A stretch of 64,000 nt of DNA from Myxococcales bacterium (GTDB lineage: Bacteria; Myxococcota_A; Polyangia; Polyangiales; DASUME01). A model generated the notes under the pieces. It saw only the letters and a program-made list of their open reading frames with translations, was not told the origin of the DNA and did no database searches. Location of the stretch: positions 2,016,001 through 2,080,000 of the forward strand of contig JASGJH010000001.1 of assembly GCA_047601445.1 (NCBI GenBank). Direction: 5' to 3'. The number at the start of each line of letters is the position of its first letter. Positions within the stretch are counted from its first letter, which is position 1. This document shows positions 1-13,808 of the stretch, piece after piece. The translations under genes were made by a program, and so were the position numbers.

Positions 1-1116
1 GACTGGGTTTCCGGCCTCCGCCAGGCCACCCGCAGCGCCGCGGCGATCGCCCACGGTGAGGTCGAAGTGATGCGCGGAGCACGGCCCGCGTTCTTCGACA
101 CCGATGTGGCGCGAGCCCTCTCGAGTGCGCTGTTCGCGGCCTTCGTGGTGGCGGCCGCCATCTTCCGCGAGCGCGTTGGCGGCGCGGGCGCCCTGGACTT
201 GATCGCGCTGCTTTTGCGAGCGGCCAGCGTGGCCTTCGTGTTGCGCGCACTGATCGCGCTCGGGGTCCTGGTGAGGCGCGCGCGCGGCGAGACCGACGCC
301 GCCGAACACACGCTGGCCTTTGGCACGGCAGGCATTCTCTTGCTGGGCCCACGCGGTGAGGTGTCGGCGAGCAAAGCCGACGTCCTCGCCGTCGCCCTGC
401 CCGAGCAACCCGAGGGCGGCGCCGCCCGCAGCCCGCGCAAGCCACTGCTCTTGGTTCTCAAGCCCGATGGGCGACCGCGGGCGCTCGAGATTCCCCCCTA
501 CTTCGCAGGTAGCCAGGACATCCTCGCGGCGCGCCTCACGCGCTGGCTCGCGCGCCCCGAAAGCGAGCCCGAGCGTCGCTTCGAGCGGCCCAAGCCCAAC
601 CCCGAGGAGCAGTATGCGCGCATCGCCCGCGGCTCCACCGAGGCGGGCGAGGTCTGCGTGCCCGAGGGTCTCGGGTATCGCGTGCGGGCGCCCTATGGGG
701 CCCTGTTGGGTTGCCTGTTCGCGGTGGACACCGTGCGCAGTGCGGGTCCCATGGCCAAGCAGTTGTGGCCCGGGGTGGCCGCCGCCTGCGCGCTCGCGCT
801 GGCCTTTCTGGCCGGGTGGTTCGTATGGATGAACGGTCGGCGCAAGAGCCGCCTCGGCATCGCCATGGCCCTCACGCGCGAAGAGCTGTTGCTGCGTGGC
901 AAGGCGGGCGTGGTCGGGATTCCCTGGGGCCAGTTCTCCGAGATCGACGTGGACCTACGCCTCACCTGGTCGCCGTTCTACGGGAGCTATCCAGTGCGCG
1001 TCCTGTCGCTGTCGACCCTCGATGGCGAACGTGTGCTGTTCGACGGGGGCTTTCTGGGAATCGAGCCCGAACACGTCGCGGCGCTCTGCGAGGGCTACCG
1101 CCGCAAGCTCGTCTGA
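1..1116 (+). CDS. Hypothetical multi-pass membrane protein, 5' end probably outside the window
   Basis: The frame is open from base 1 (DWVSGLRQ...) into ORF 67..1116. It has four hydrophobic segments arranged as two pairs, each followed by a soluble stretch. Confidence 0.6.
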   Translation, partial: DWVSGLRQATRSAAAIAHGEVEVMRGARPAFFDTDVARALSSALFAAFVVAAAIFRERVGGAGALDLIALLLRAASVAFVLRALIALGVLVRRARGETDAAEHTLAFGTAGILLLGPRGEVSASKADVLAVALPEQPEGGAARSPRKPLLLVLKPDGRPRALEIPPYFAGSQDILAARLTRWLARPESEPERRFERPKPNPEEQYARIARGSTEAGEVCVPEGLGYRVRAPYGALLGCLFAVDTVRSAGPMAKQLWPGVAAACALALAFLAGWFVWMNGRRKSRLGIAMALTREELLLRGKAGVVGIPWGQFSEIDVDLRLTWSPFYGSYPVRVLSLSTLDGERVLFDGGFLGIEPEHVAALCEGYRRKLV

Positions 1117-1153
1117 GCGCCGACCCGGAGCCGCCGGGCGAAGCCCTGGAAGC

Positions 1154-1579
1154 TCAGCGCGGCAGGCGACGCTCGAGCCGACGCAAGCCCTGCTTGAGCA
1201 CCAGACCCAAGCCCGAGCGGAAGGCGCCGGAGACACCGGGCAGCGTGGTCTCCAGGGCCACGTTCCAGCGCACGCGCGCGCCGCCGCGGCCGTTGGGCTC
1301 GACTTGAATCTCGCCGCGATGGTGGCGCAAGAAGGGTACGCCGCGGCTGATGCGATAGACGATGCGCGAGGGAATCTGGCGCTCGATGACCTCTTCGTCG
1401 AAGTTCATCGGTCCAAGATGAATCCGGCGCACGGTGCCGACGCCGCCGTCGGGCACGCGCTTGGCCACGGTGATCTTTCCGCCGAGCCAACTGCCCATGT
1501 TCGCGTGATCGTCGAGGGCAGCGAAGACGATTTCGGGGGCGTTCGGAAACTCGTGGGCGATGGTGATGTCGTTGGGCAC
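1154..1579 (-). CDS. SRPBCC (START/polyketide cyclase-like) family protein
   Basis: 141 aa; APEIVFAALDDH..W, GGVGTVRRI, EEVI...RIVYRI and a C-terminal amphipathic helix. Confidence 0.8.
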   Translation of the reverse strand: MPNDITIAHEFPNAPEIVFAALDDHANMGSWLGGKITVAKRVPDGGVGTVRRIHLGPMNFDEEVIERQIPSRIVYRISRGVPFLRHHRGEIQVEPNGRGGARVRWNVALETTLPGVSGAFRSGLGLVLKQGLRRLERRLPR

Positions 1580-1611
1580 GGCTCAGCACTACACCAGGTG
1601 GTTCGCTCGTG

Positions 1612-4600
1612 TCACGGCGAATGCAGCGAGACCGAGGGCACGCCCGCGTCGTCACCGGCATCCGAGCTCGCTCCGGCGTCCCAGGGCTCCGCTTCGGGCG
1701 CCGGGATCTCCGGCTGGGCGAGCGCGGCGACCACCGCGATGAGCCGGGCTTCGCCTTGCACGCGGACCTTGAAGTGGGTCGCCTCGCGGGCGGGCCTCAA
1801 CACCGAGACCTGTTGTTCCCCAGCACGCAGCGAGAGGGTTCCTCCATCGAGCTCCAAGCGAGCGCCGGGCGCCTGCGCGTCGACGAGCCAGGTCACGCGC
1901 ACGGACTGGCTTGGACGTGCCACCGGCGGCAGGCTCAGTTCGGCGTCCGCACCGGGCACGCAGCGATAGTCCGCGCATGTCCAGCTGCCTTTGCGACGGG
2001 CGCCGTCACTCAGGACGCTGCCGTAGCGACTGCTCGGCCCGAGGGCTCCTTCGGCCATCAAGATGCGGATGCCGTCGGGGATCGAGCTCTCCATCCCGAG
2101 GTAGCGCAGCACCAGGGGCACCACGCGCCGATCGCGCAACGCAAGCAGCGCGCGCGCCTCCGCTCGACGCGCGGGTTCGTAGCGCTCCTCGCCCAGCGCC
2201 TTCGCGAGCCCGCTGCGTGCCGCGTTGCCGCCGAGCTTGCCCAGCGCGTCGGCCACAGGCTCGCGCAAGCGCACGTCGGCCAGCAACGGCAACAGCGAGT
2301 CCACGGCCTGCGGCGAGCGCGAGTCGCCGAGCGCAGCGATGGCACGCACGCGGTCGCCCTCGGCCGCGGACTCATCCAGCGCGAGTTCACCGAGCGCAGG
2401 CAGCGCCTCCGGGTGGGCTTGCTGGGCCAACGCGAGCGCGGCGCGGCGCACGAGATCGCGCTGTGCAGCCGAAGCTTCATGGGCAGGCGTCGGTACGAGC
2501 AGTGAGAGCACGGCGGAGCTCGCCTCACGGCTGCCGAGTTGGAGCGCCGAAATGGCGGCCTCGGCCCGCACGCCCAGGTCCGCGTCGTCGTTGCCCAGCC
2601 GCACGAGCATCGGCAGCGCAGGCAAGAAATGCAGCTCGCCAAGTCCGCGGGCTGCCGCAGCGCGCACGGCTGGACGAGCGTCTGCCAAGAGCGGCACCAG
2701 CTCGGGCCCCACGCCGGTCACGCCCAACTTGGCCCGCGCGAGTGCCTCGGGGAAACCCACCCCGTTGGCCACTGCCAGCGCCTCCGTGCGGGGAATCGTC
2801 GAGACGAAACGGTCGATCTCGCCGCGCAGGCGCTCCACGTCGAGCGGCCGATCCGGGGCCTCGTTCTTGAGCTCGGGAGGATCGGTCTCGAGGTCGAACA
2901 GCTGACAGTGCTCCTGCTCTCCCATGCAGACCACCTTCAAGCGCCCGTCCGTGGCCATGTGGCGCTGCTCGACGCTCGCGAAAGCCACCTGCGGGCCTGC
3001 CTCGGCGAATCCGTTCAGCACGGCGCCCAGGTCGTCTCCTCGCATGCGGGCCTCGCGCGGCACCCCGGCTGCACTCAGCAGCGTGGTCCCGACATCCACC
3101 AGCTCTACCGGCGCATCACTCACACCTGGGCTCACCTGGCCCGGGGACGACCACAAGAGCGGCACACGCACCTGTTCATCATAGAGCGTGGTGCCGTGGT
3201 AGCTGCCTCCGTGCTCACCGAACTCCTCGCCGTGGTCCGCCGTGACGATCACGGTCCCATCGGGGTGCGCCGCGCGGAAGACCCGCACCAGCTCGGCGAT
3301 ACTGCGATCGCAGGTGCGCACTTCGCCGTCGTAGCGCGCGCGTGGAGAATCACCGGTGACGAACTCCGGCGCCGGCTCGTAGGGCTCGTGGGGCTCGAAC
3401 AGGTGCACCCAGATGAAGAGCGGATGCCCACGATCGACCCCGTTCAAATAGGCCTCCAGCTGCGACACGCGCTGGGCCGCCGACGCGAACATCTCCTTGC
3501 GGTACTCGAAGCCGAAGCCACGTCCGCGCAACAAGTCGAAGTTGGCGCCGTCCACGAAGAAGATGGCGGGCGGGTAGAACGCGGCCGTGCGATAGCCGTA
3601 GCGACGCAGCAAATCTGGGAGCGTGGGGTGATCGCGCTCGGCCCCGGGGAGCTCGAGCACCGGCTTCATGAACTTGGCGGTGAGCAAGCTGGCGAGCGCG
3701 TACGAGGTATGGGGCGCCGGCGTGTAGGCGCGACGAAACACCATGCTCTGCTGGGCGAGCTCATCGAGCTTCGGCGTGACCCCGGTCCCACCATAGGCCT
3801 TCAACACATCGGCGCGCAGGGCGTCGACGGTGATCAGCAGCACATCCTTGTCCTGCAGGTTGATGCCGCGAGCCTGGGGCGCAGCGGGCGCGTTCTTCTC
3901 GGGACGGACGGCGATCCCCCGGGCGTCCTGATCCGCGTTGGGTCGCCGCCGGCCCACGCTGCGCAACACCGGCGCGAGGAGCTTGGCCGTGAACGGCGCA
4001 GACTCGCTGACCGCGTAGCTGGCGTTGCTCTGATGGGCCAGGGACACCATCGAGAGCGGCGCCGTGATCGCCACCAAGGCGCTCCCCCAACGCACCCGCC
4101 GATCGGCTTTCGGCAGGAGCGCTCGCGGAAACCCCACGGCAGCCAGCGTGGCCGACAACGCGGCAGCCCAAAGCAACAACCAGTGGAACGCCGGATAGCC
4201 ACGCGGCAACACGGCGCCATCGACGACCAGCGCGGTGGCCGCGACGACGGCACAGGCGAGCGCCCAAGCGACAGCAGGCCTGAGCGCGCCCTGGGTACGC
4301 ACGAAGGTCGCAGTGCGCATGCCGATCACCACCATCAGCGCGATCAGCACGGCGATGCCCAGCGCCAGGAGCGGCCGTGCGGCCAAGTCGCGCACGCGCC
4401 GCCCTTCGGTGAGCAACCAGCCCGCCCAGCCACCCGCAAGAAGCGAGACCAACGCCACACCGATGCGCGCGCGGAAGCCCACGTAGTCGGCGCGCGTGCT
4501 CCAACGCAACGGCAACCCGAGCAGCAAGACCAGGCTCGAGAGCGCTGTCCAGGCTGCCAACGCATAGCGGCCGAGCTCGAGTGAGCTCAAGAACAGCGAG

Positions 4601-4734
4601 CGCCCCCAGCCCAAGACCCGCACCAGCTCGAACGACGCGAGACAGGCCCCCGCGACGAGCAATGCGAGGAGCTCTCCGTCAGAGCGCGCGGGCTCGCGCG
4701 CTCGGGTGACACCAGAAGAAGTACGACGACCCAT
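1612..4734 (-). CDS. Membrane-anchored sulfatase-like hydrolase/transferase with C-terminal HEAT repeats
   Basis: N-terminal TM helices; DVLLITVDALRAD, HLFEPHEPY, TADHGEEFGEHG and LYDEQVRVPL motifs; then HEAT-like repeats (VRAAAARGLG, VRAEAA, LREPVADALG). Confidence 0.85.
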   Translation of the reverse strand: MGRRTSSGVTRAREPARSDGELLALLVAGACLASFELVRVLGWGRSLFLSSLELGRYALAAWTALSSLVLLLGLPLRWSTRADYVGFRARIGVALVSLLAGGWAGWLLTEGRRVRDLAARPLLALGIAVLIALMVVIGMRTATFVRTQGALRPAVAWALACAVVAATALVVDGAVLPRGYPAFHWLLLWAAALSATLAAVGFPRALLPKADRRVRWGSALVAITAPLSMVSLAHQSNASYAVSESAPFTAKLLAPVLRSVGRRRPNADQDARGIAVRPEKNAPAAPQARGINLQDKDVLLITVDALRADVLKAYGGTGVTPKLDELAQQSMVFRRAYTPAPHTSYALASLLTAKFMKPVLELPGAERDHPTLPDLLRRYGYRTAAFYPPAIFFVDGANFDLLRGRGFGFEYRKEMFASAAQRVSQLEAYLNGVDRGHPLFIWVHLFEPHEPYEPAPEFVTGDSPRARYDGEVRTCDRSIAELVRVFRAAHPDGTVIVTADHGEEFGEHGGSYHGTTLYDEQVRVPLLWSSPGQVSPGVSDAPVELVDVGTTLLSAAGVPREARMRGDDLGAVLNGFAEAGPQVAFASVEQRHMATDGRLKVVCMGEQEHCQLFDLETDPPELKNEAPDRPLDVERLRGEIDRFVSTIPRTEALAVANGVGFPEALARAKLGVTGVGPELVPLLADARPAVRAAAARGLGELHFLPALPMLVRLGNDDADLGVRAEAAISALQLGSREASSAVLSLLVPTPAHEASAAQRDLVRRAALALAQQAHPEALPALGELALDESAAEGDRVRAIAALGDSRSPQAVDSLLPLLADVRLREPVADALGKLGGNAARSGLAKALGEERYEPARRAEARALLALRDRRVVPLVLRYLGMESSIPDGIRILMAEGALGPSSRYGSVLSDGARRKGSWTCADYRCVPGADAELSLPPVARPSQSVRVTWLVDAQAPGARLELDGGTLSLRAGEQQVSVLRPAREATHFKVRVQGEARLIAVVAALAQPEIPAPEAEPWDAGASSDAGDDAGVPSVSLHSP

Positions 4735-4758
4735 CTACAAGCGACCGACCATACGCTC

Positions 4759-5235
4759 TCAAGGAGCCCAGCGGACCTCGGAGATCTCGTACTTGCGCGT
4801 CCCACCGGGCGCGTGCACCTGCACCTCGTCGCCAGCCAAGCGGCCGATCAAGGCCTTGGCCATGGGCGACGTGACCGAGATGGTGCCTTTCTCAGTGCTC
4901 GCCTCGGAGGGCCCCACGATGCGATAGGTGAGCTCGCGATCGCTCTCGAGATCCGTCAGCGTGACGTAGGCGCCGAACTTCACCTTGTCGCCGGAGAGCT
5001 TGCTGGTGTCGATGACCTCGGCGCGCGAAAGCTGATCCTCGATGTCGAGGATGCGGCCCTCGATGTGAGACTGCTTCTCGCGGGCCGCGTGGTACTCGGC
5101 GTTCTCCTTGAGGTCTCCGTGGGCGGCTGCGGTGCCAATCTCCTCGGAGATCCGCGGACGCTCCACGAGCTTCAAGTGCTTGAGCTCACTCATGAGAGCC
5201 GTATGCCCCTCAGCGGTCATCGGAACGCGTTCCAT
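4759..5235 (-). CDS. greA: Transcription elongation factor GreA
   Basis: 158 aa; HGDLKENAEYHAA, ISVTSPMAKALIG. Confidence 0.97.
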   Translation of the reverse strand: MERVPMTAEGHTALMSELKHLKLVERPRISEEIGTAAAHGDLKENAEYHAAREKQSHIEGRILDIEDQLSRAEVIDTSKLSGDKVKFGAYVTLTDLESDRELTYRIVGPSEASTEKGTISVTSPMAKALIGRLAGDEVQVHAPGGTRKYEISEVRWAP

Positions 5236-5311
5236 AGAAGCGATTCGTACACTCTTGGGGTTTTGGTCGCAACCCCTGCTTGGCCAGCGCCGGGGGTCGC
5301 CGAGCTGGCGC

Positions 5312-6217
5312 CTACCGGCTCCTCAGATCGCGCAGCGCACGGTCCGAAAACCTGAGCAATTCGATAGCCCCTGGGCCTTGATTGAAGGCGTAATCGTGCT
5401 CACCAGGAGTGACGATCAGGGTGTGTGCCACATGTCGCGCCCGCAGCTCCTCGGAGAACTTGCGCGTCACCGGGAGCAGCGGGTCCTTGTCGCTCGAGAG
5501 CAAGCGCAGGGCTTGCGATTTCTGCGCCGAGGCCTTGGCCGCCCGGTCGGCGAACTCCGCCTCGCGGCCCCGGATCGCTGGCTGGATGGTCCCGACTGCG
5601 CCGAAGACTTCCGGATGCCGCAGCCCGACCTCGAGGGCCACCATGCCGCCGAGAGAAACGCCATCGACGCTCACTTCTCGCTCCGTCTGGCTCGCCACGG
5701 GGAACGTGTCGCGGACCTTGGGCACCAAGCGCTTGGCGACCCAGCTGGCGAAGGCCTCGATTTTCTCGGGATGATCGACCTGCGCCAGGAGATCGGGCGT
5801 GTAGATCCCCACCACGAACACACCGCGAAACGGACGGGCCTTGAGCTCACCGTTGAGCGCGCGCAGTTCCTCGTCGCGCACCAGGCCGCCGAAGTCGTCC
5901 TTGGTGAGGTTGTTGCCGAGCAGCGCTTCGAACGCAGGCCCGAGGCCATAGCGCTCGAGCCACGCGCGGTACCCCTTCTCGGGTCCCTGGCGCGACTCAC
6001 CCATGCCGTGGAAGGCGATGACGATGGGCCAACGCTCGTCCTTGGCACGCTCGGTCGGCCAGACCGCCAGCGCCGATTGCCGCTCGCCACTCGGGCCGTG
6101 GATGGCGAACCGCACCGTCTGGAGCTGCCCTTCGGCACGCGTCTCGCGCGGCGGTCCAAGAAACACGGCTGCGCCCAGGATGACGACGACGCAGCCGGTC
6201 AACATGGACAGACGCAT
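5312..6217 (-). CDS. Secreted alpha/beta-hydrolase (esterase family)
   Basis: Signal-like N-terminus; FHGMGE, GVSLGG (GxSxG), DKDP and GEHDY giving a candidate Ser-Asp-His triad. Confidence 0.8.
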   Translation of the reverse strand: MRLSMLTGCVVVILGAAVFLGPPRETRAEGQLQTVRFAIHGPSGERQSALAVWPTERAKDERWPIVIAFHGMGESRQGPEKGYRAWLERYGLGPAFEALLGNNLTKDDFGGLVRDEELRALNGELKARPFRGVFVVGIYTPDLLAQVDHPEKIEAFASWVAKRLVPKVRDTFPVASQTEREVSVDGVSLGGMVALEVGLRHPEVFGAVGTIQPAIRGREAEFADRAAKASAQKSQALRLLSSDKDPLLPVTRKFSEELRARHVAHTLIVTPGEHDYAFNQGPGAIELLRFSDRALRDLRSR

Positions 6218-6231
6218 GGCGTTCTCGGCTC

Positions 6232-9591
<3,360 letters not shown>

Positions 9592-9644
9592 CGAGCGCGC
9601 GGATTATCACCCCCGGGAGTCCCGGGCAACCGCTCCCGAACGCT

Positions 9645-10136
9645 CTAATACGGGATCCCGGCTGCGATTTCCTCGAGCAAGGAATTCGCCCGTTCACCCC
9701 TTGCCTCCACCACTGCCGTGCGGCCCTGGGCGTCGAGCGCCAGGCGGATCCACAATCCCTGCCCGCCCAGGGCCTCGGAGAAGCGATCCCCCCACTCCAC
9801 GATCACGATCGCATCGCGACCAATCCGCTCGACCAGGCCCAATTCGACGAGTTCGTCCGCGTCGCCTAGCCGATAGAGGTCCGCGTGGACCAAGGGAGGC
9901 GTGGTCCGGTGCTCATTCACCAGCGTGAACGTCGGGCTGGTGACGGGCAGCGCGGCGGGCACACCGAGCTTGCGGGCGATGGCTCGAACCAGGAAAGTCT
10001 TGCCCGCGCCGAGATCGCCCTCGAGGACCAGCAGATCGCCGGCCCGCAGGGCAGCCCCCAGGCGCGCGCCCAGACGACGAGTGGCCCGGCGGTTGGGCAA
10101 GGGTAGCGAAAGGGTCGCGGGAGACGCTCCTGGCAC
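9645..10136 (-). CDS. tsaE: tRNA threonylcarbamoyladenosine biosynthesis ATPase TsaE
   Basis: LEGDLGAGKT, VTSPTFTLVNEH, HADLYRL, IVEW. Start uncertain: GTG at 10136 chosen, ORF open to 10235. Confidence 0.93.
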   Translation of the reverse strand: MPGASPATLSLPLPNRRATRRLGARLGAALRAGDLLVLEGDLGAGKTFLVRAIARKLGVPAALPVTSPTFTLVNEHRTTPPLVHADLYRLGDADELVELGLVERIGRDAIVIVEWGDRFSEALGGQGLWIRLALDAQGRTAVVEARGERANSLLEEIAAGIPY

Positions 10137-10237
10137 GTGGGTTGCCGCATGGTGATGGAGCGCGTCGGTCCGCGCCAGTGGCGGCAAGAGACAGCGGTTT
10201 CCCAGAAGGTGGGGTCGAGCAGTAGACTCGCTCACGC

Positions 10238-12097
10238 ATGGGCCTCATCCGCTGCGCATCTTTGTCTGGAGCATTGCTCATGCTGCTCGCCTGGCTGGCC
10301 CCGGCTCGCGCGGAAGACGCGACGGACGGGCAGCGCTCGCCCGTGGCCCAGCGCTACGAGCTCGACGCGACGCTCGTGCCCGAGCGGCACCAGGTCCGTG
10401 GGAGTGCGCTCATCGAATTCACGAACACCAGCGCGAGCGCCGTGGACGAGCTGGTCTTCCACCTCTACCTGAACGCCTTCCGCGATCGCGAGAGCGTGTT
10501 CATGCGCGAGTCCGGCGGCAGCATGCGCGGCCAGCACTTCACCGGCCGCGGCTCCATCGAGCTCTCCAGCTTGAGCGTGGACGGAAAGGAGCTCTTGGCG
10601 CGCGCGCGCCAAGAGCTGGTGAAGGGCGACTTCACCCAATTGGCGCTGCCCCTCGAGAAGCCAATCGCGCCCGGGGGCAAGGTCGTGATCGAAAGCTCGT
10701 TCGTGTCCACCCTGCCCGAAGTCTTCGCGCGCAGCGGCTACGCGCACGATTTCTTCTGCGTGGCGCAGTGGTTTCCCAAACTGGCCAAGCTCGAACCCAA
10801 CGGCACCTTCACGAGCTTCCCCTACCACGCGCTCGCCGAGTTCTACGCGGACTTCGCGGACTACGAGGTCACGCTGCGCGCGCCGCGCGAACTCGTGGTG
10901 GCGGCGAACGGCAAGCTTATTCGCGAGAGCAAGGGACAGCAGCAGACTGCGCGCACCTTCGCCATCGCTCGAGCCATCGACGCGGTCTGGGTGGCGGGCC
11001 AGTCGCTCGAGGTGCAGGAGGAGCAGTGGCGGGAAGTGGCGGTCAAGTACGTGTACGCGCCGGGCTACGAGCTCGCGCTCGACGAGCACATCGAGATGGT
11101 GCGCGCCGGGCTCGATCACTTCGGGCGACGCTTCGGGGCCTATCCCTACCCTACCCTCACCGTGGTGGTGCCGCCGCGTCGCGCGCGCGGCGCTGCGGGC
11201 ATGGAGTACCCGGGCCTTTTCTTGACGGACGGAAGCTGGCTGCCGGCCCCGGGAACGCCGGGTGCCTCGGGAGCGTTCGTGACCGCCCACGAGCTCGCCC
11301 ATCAGTGGTTCCCCATGGTCTTGGCCAGCAACGAGATGCGCTATCCGGTGCTCGACGAGGGCTTCGCGGAGTGGGCAGCACTGGACTTGTTGCGCAAGCA
11401 CTTCGGCGAGGTGGGCGCCTTTTCGAGCTGGCTGCCGTTCCCACGCTTCGAAGTGGAGCGCGTGGGAACCTTCACCTTCGATCACGCCATCGCGCCAGGA
11501 CTGTCGGCGCCCGCATATACACCCTCCGAGTACGGCGCGAGTGTCTACGGGGAAGCGGCACTGGCGCTGGAGACCATCCGGCGCGTGTTCGGTCGCGCTC
11601 GCTTCGAGGAGGCCATGCGTCGCTACGCCCAAGACAACTGGTTCGGGCACCCCACCCCGGTCGACCTGGCGACAGCCTTCGACCGCGTCTACGGGCCGGG
11701 CTTTTCCACGCGCTTTTTGCTGCCCTTGCTGATCGCCGGTGAGCGGGTGTCCCTGCGCATCGTGCAGGCGCGCACGCTGTCGCGCGGCAAGGGTTTCGTC
11801 ACCGAGGTGCGCGCGCGACGCGCCGGCAACGTGCCCTTGCCGAGCTGGCTCGCGGCCTACGACGCACAGGGCAACGAACTCACCCGCGTGCTCTTCCCGG
11901 AACATCTCAACGCGCTGAACGCCACCCTCGAAACCAAGGCGCCGGTGGCCCGCGTGGTGCTCGATCCCGACCGCGCCGTCTTGGTCGACGCCTCGGTGCG
12001 CGATCAGGTGGTGAGCTTCGCGCCGCCGCGGCGCTCGAGCTGGATTGGCCGCGCCGTGGCCAGCGCGCAGATGCTGCTCTCATGGTTCGGCCCATGA
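10238..12097 (+). CDS. Secreted M1-family metallopeptidase
   Basis: Signal peptide; AGMEYP, AHELAHQWF followed by LDEGFAEW. Confidence 0.92.
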   Translation: MGLIRCASLSGALLMLLAWLAPARAEDATDGQRSPVAQRYELDATLVPERHQVRGSALIEFTNTSASAVDELVFHLYLNAFRDRESVFMRESGGSMRGQHFTGRGSIELSSLSVDGKELLARARQELVKGDFTQLALPLEKPIAPGGKVVIESSFVSTLPEVFARSGYAHDFFCVAQWFPKLAKLEPNGTFTSFPYHALAEFYADFADYEVTLRAPRELVVAANGKLIRESKGQQQTARTFAIARAIDAVWVAGQSLEVQEEQWREVAVKYVYAPGYELALDEHIEMVRAGLDHFGRRFGAYPYPTLTVVVPPRRARGAAGMEYPGLFLTDGSWLPAPGTPGASGAFVTAHELAHQWFPMVLASNEMRYPVLDEGFAEWAALDLLRKHFGEVGAFSSWLPFPRFEVERVGTFTFDHAIAPGLSAPAYTPSEYGASVYGEAALALETIRRVFGRARFEEAMRRYAQDNWFGHPTPVDLATAFDRVYGPGFSTRFLLPLLIAGERVSLRIVQARTLSRGKGFVTEVRARRAGNVPLPSWLAAYDAQGNELTRVLFPEHLNALNATLETKAPVARVVLDPDRAVLVDASVRDQVVSFAPPRRSSWIGRAVASAQMLLSWFGP

Positions 12098-12909
12098 GGG
12101 AGTGGATGTCCAGCATGCGCGCGCTTCCGATGACCTTCGTCATCTACCTGACCGAGGCTGCGTTGGCGCTCGTGTTCGGCCTGCCCGCCGCGCTCGAGCT
12201 GACCCGCTCCGCCCCGCAGGGCGCGGATTCGACGGCCGACGCCGAGCGGCTCGAGTTCTTGCTCGGTCTCGGACAAGCAGGACGCCTGGTCGGCGCCACG
12301 GGCCTGTTCGCGGGAATCGCGCTGTGGCTACTCGCTCCCTGGCTCCAAATGGCCTGGCTCAGCGCTCTCTCGCGGCGCGAGAGCGTGGGTGAATCCCTGG
12401 TCCAGGGCGCGCGGCTCTATGTGCGCGCCCAGCTGCTCGCGATCCCGGTCGTCATCGGCGTGGCACTGTCGCTCGTGCCCTTCGGCGTGGCCGCTTGGGG
12501 GATCTCGCAGCTGAGTGCCTCCCAGCTCAACGATCGTGTCCACGACCTCGGCATCGCGTGCGCGCTAGCTCCCGGGCTGCCGGTCCTGCTCGCCGGCCTC
12601 GCGTGGCTCGACCTGGCGCGCGCGCGTGCCCTTCACGAGGGTCCCTGGACGAGCGCCGTGCGCAGCCTGCGGGCGGCGCTGCAGCCCGTCACCATCTTGC
12701 GAGCCCTGTTCTTTGGCCTTGCGGGCTGGACGCTGTTCCTGCTGGCTCAGGCTCCGCTCCTGGAGCGCCTCGGCGGGCGTCCGTTGGTGGTGCTCGCACT
12801 GCAATCGGCGGTGCTGGCGCGCCTATTCTTGCGCAGCCGCTGGCTGGCAGACGCGCTGACTTGCGCCGAGGCGAGCGCCGGGTCACGAGCAAGCGAAGCG
12901 TACGAGTGA
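12094..12909 (+). CDS. Hypothetical integral membrane protein, coupled to the M1 peptidase
   Basis: About six hydrophobic segments; ATGA overlap with the upstream stop at 12094-12097. Confidence 0.7.
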   Translation: MREWMSSMRALPMTFVIYLTEAALALVFGLPAALELTRSAPQGADSTADAERLEFLLGLGQAGRLVGATGLFAGIALWLLAPWLQMAWLSALSRRESVGESLVQGARLYVRAQLLAIPVVIGVALSLVPFGVAAWGISQLSASQLNDRVHDLGIACALAPGLPVLLAGLAWLDLARARALHEGPWTSAVRSLRAALQPVTILRALFFGLAGWTLFLLAQAPLLERLGGRPLVVLALQSAVLARLFLRSRWLADALTCAEASAGSRASEAYE

Positions 12910-12916
12910 GGTCGTC

Positions 12917-13705
12917 ATGGGCAGTGGCTTTCGAACCGAGCAGCACGAGGGGATCGCAACGTGGACCTTCGACCGGCCGGAAGCGCGCAACGCCATCGAC
13001 GAGGGCGTGGTCGACGCCCTGAGCGCGGCGCTCGACGCCGCCGAGCACGACCGCGGGCTGCGCGCGGTCGTGCTCACGGGCGCCGGAGATTCGGTGTTCG
13101 TATCGGGGGCCGACCTCAAGTTCCTGCGCTCTGCCACGCCCGAGCGACGTGAGCTCAACGACACCCGCATGCTGGGGTTGATGGACCGACTCGAAGCCCT
13201 CCCCGTACCCGTGATCGCAGCCCTGAATGGCGCGGTGATCGGCGGCGGCACCGAGATCGCCATGGCCTGCGACCTGCGCATCGCCGAGCCGCACACGAGC
13301 CTCATGATGAAGCACGCAGCCATGGGCATCTCCCCTGGCTGGGGCGGCCTGGCACGCATGGCAGGCCTCGTGGGCCGCAGCACATCTGCCAAGCTGTTGT
13401 TCACGGCGCTGCCGGTCGGGGCCGAGGAGGCCCTGCGGGTGGGCTTGGTGGACGAGCTCGCGGCCACCGGAGGGTCCCGTGAGCGCGCGCTCGAGCTGGC
13501 GCGCGCCGTGGCTCAGAACTCGCCGACTACCGTGGCCGAGGTGAAGCGCCTTCTGTGGTTCACCTACCGGGCGGGTCCACAGGCCGGTAGCCCGGAGGAG
13601 CGTGCGTTGTTCCTCGTGCGCCAGGCCAGTCCGGACCACCGCGAGGCTCTCACCGCGTTCTTCGACAAGCGCGGGCCCAACTTCAAGCCGCGCGGCGAGG
13701 GCTGA
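12917..13705 (+). CDS. Enoyl-CoA hydratase/isomerase family protein
   Basis: RPEARNAI, FVSGADL, PVIAALNGAVIGGGTEIAMACDLRIA. Confidence 0.92.
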   Translation: MGSGFRTEQHEGIATWTFDRPEARNAIDEGVVDALSAALDAAEHDRGLRAVVLTGAGDSVFVSGADLKFLRSATPERRELNDTRMLGLMDRLEALPVPVIAALNGAVIGGGTEIAMACDLRIAEPHTSLMMKHAAMGISPGWGGLARMAGLVGRSTSAKLLFTALPVGAEEALRVGLVDELAATGGSRERALELARAVAQNSPTTVAEVKRLLWFTYRAGPQAGSPEERALFLVRQASPDHREALTAFFDKRGPNFKPRGEG

Positions 13706-13734
13706 AGCCGCCGATGACTGGGCCTTAAACGCCG

Positions 13735-13769
13735 CGTGCCCGCGCTCGTCAAAGACGGGCACGGGCACG
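13735..13769. terminator. Hairpin between convergent genes, possible bidirectional terminator
   Basis: CGTGCCCG-CGCTCGTC-AAA-GACGGGCA-CGGGCACG inverted repeat; no U-tract. Confidence 0.45.
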
Positions 13770-13808
13770 AGCGCCTTGCTTGCGCAAGGCTGACACGGGG
13801 ACCGCGTC

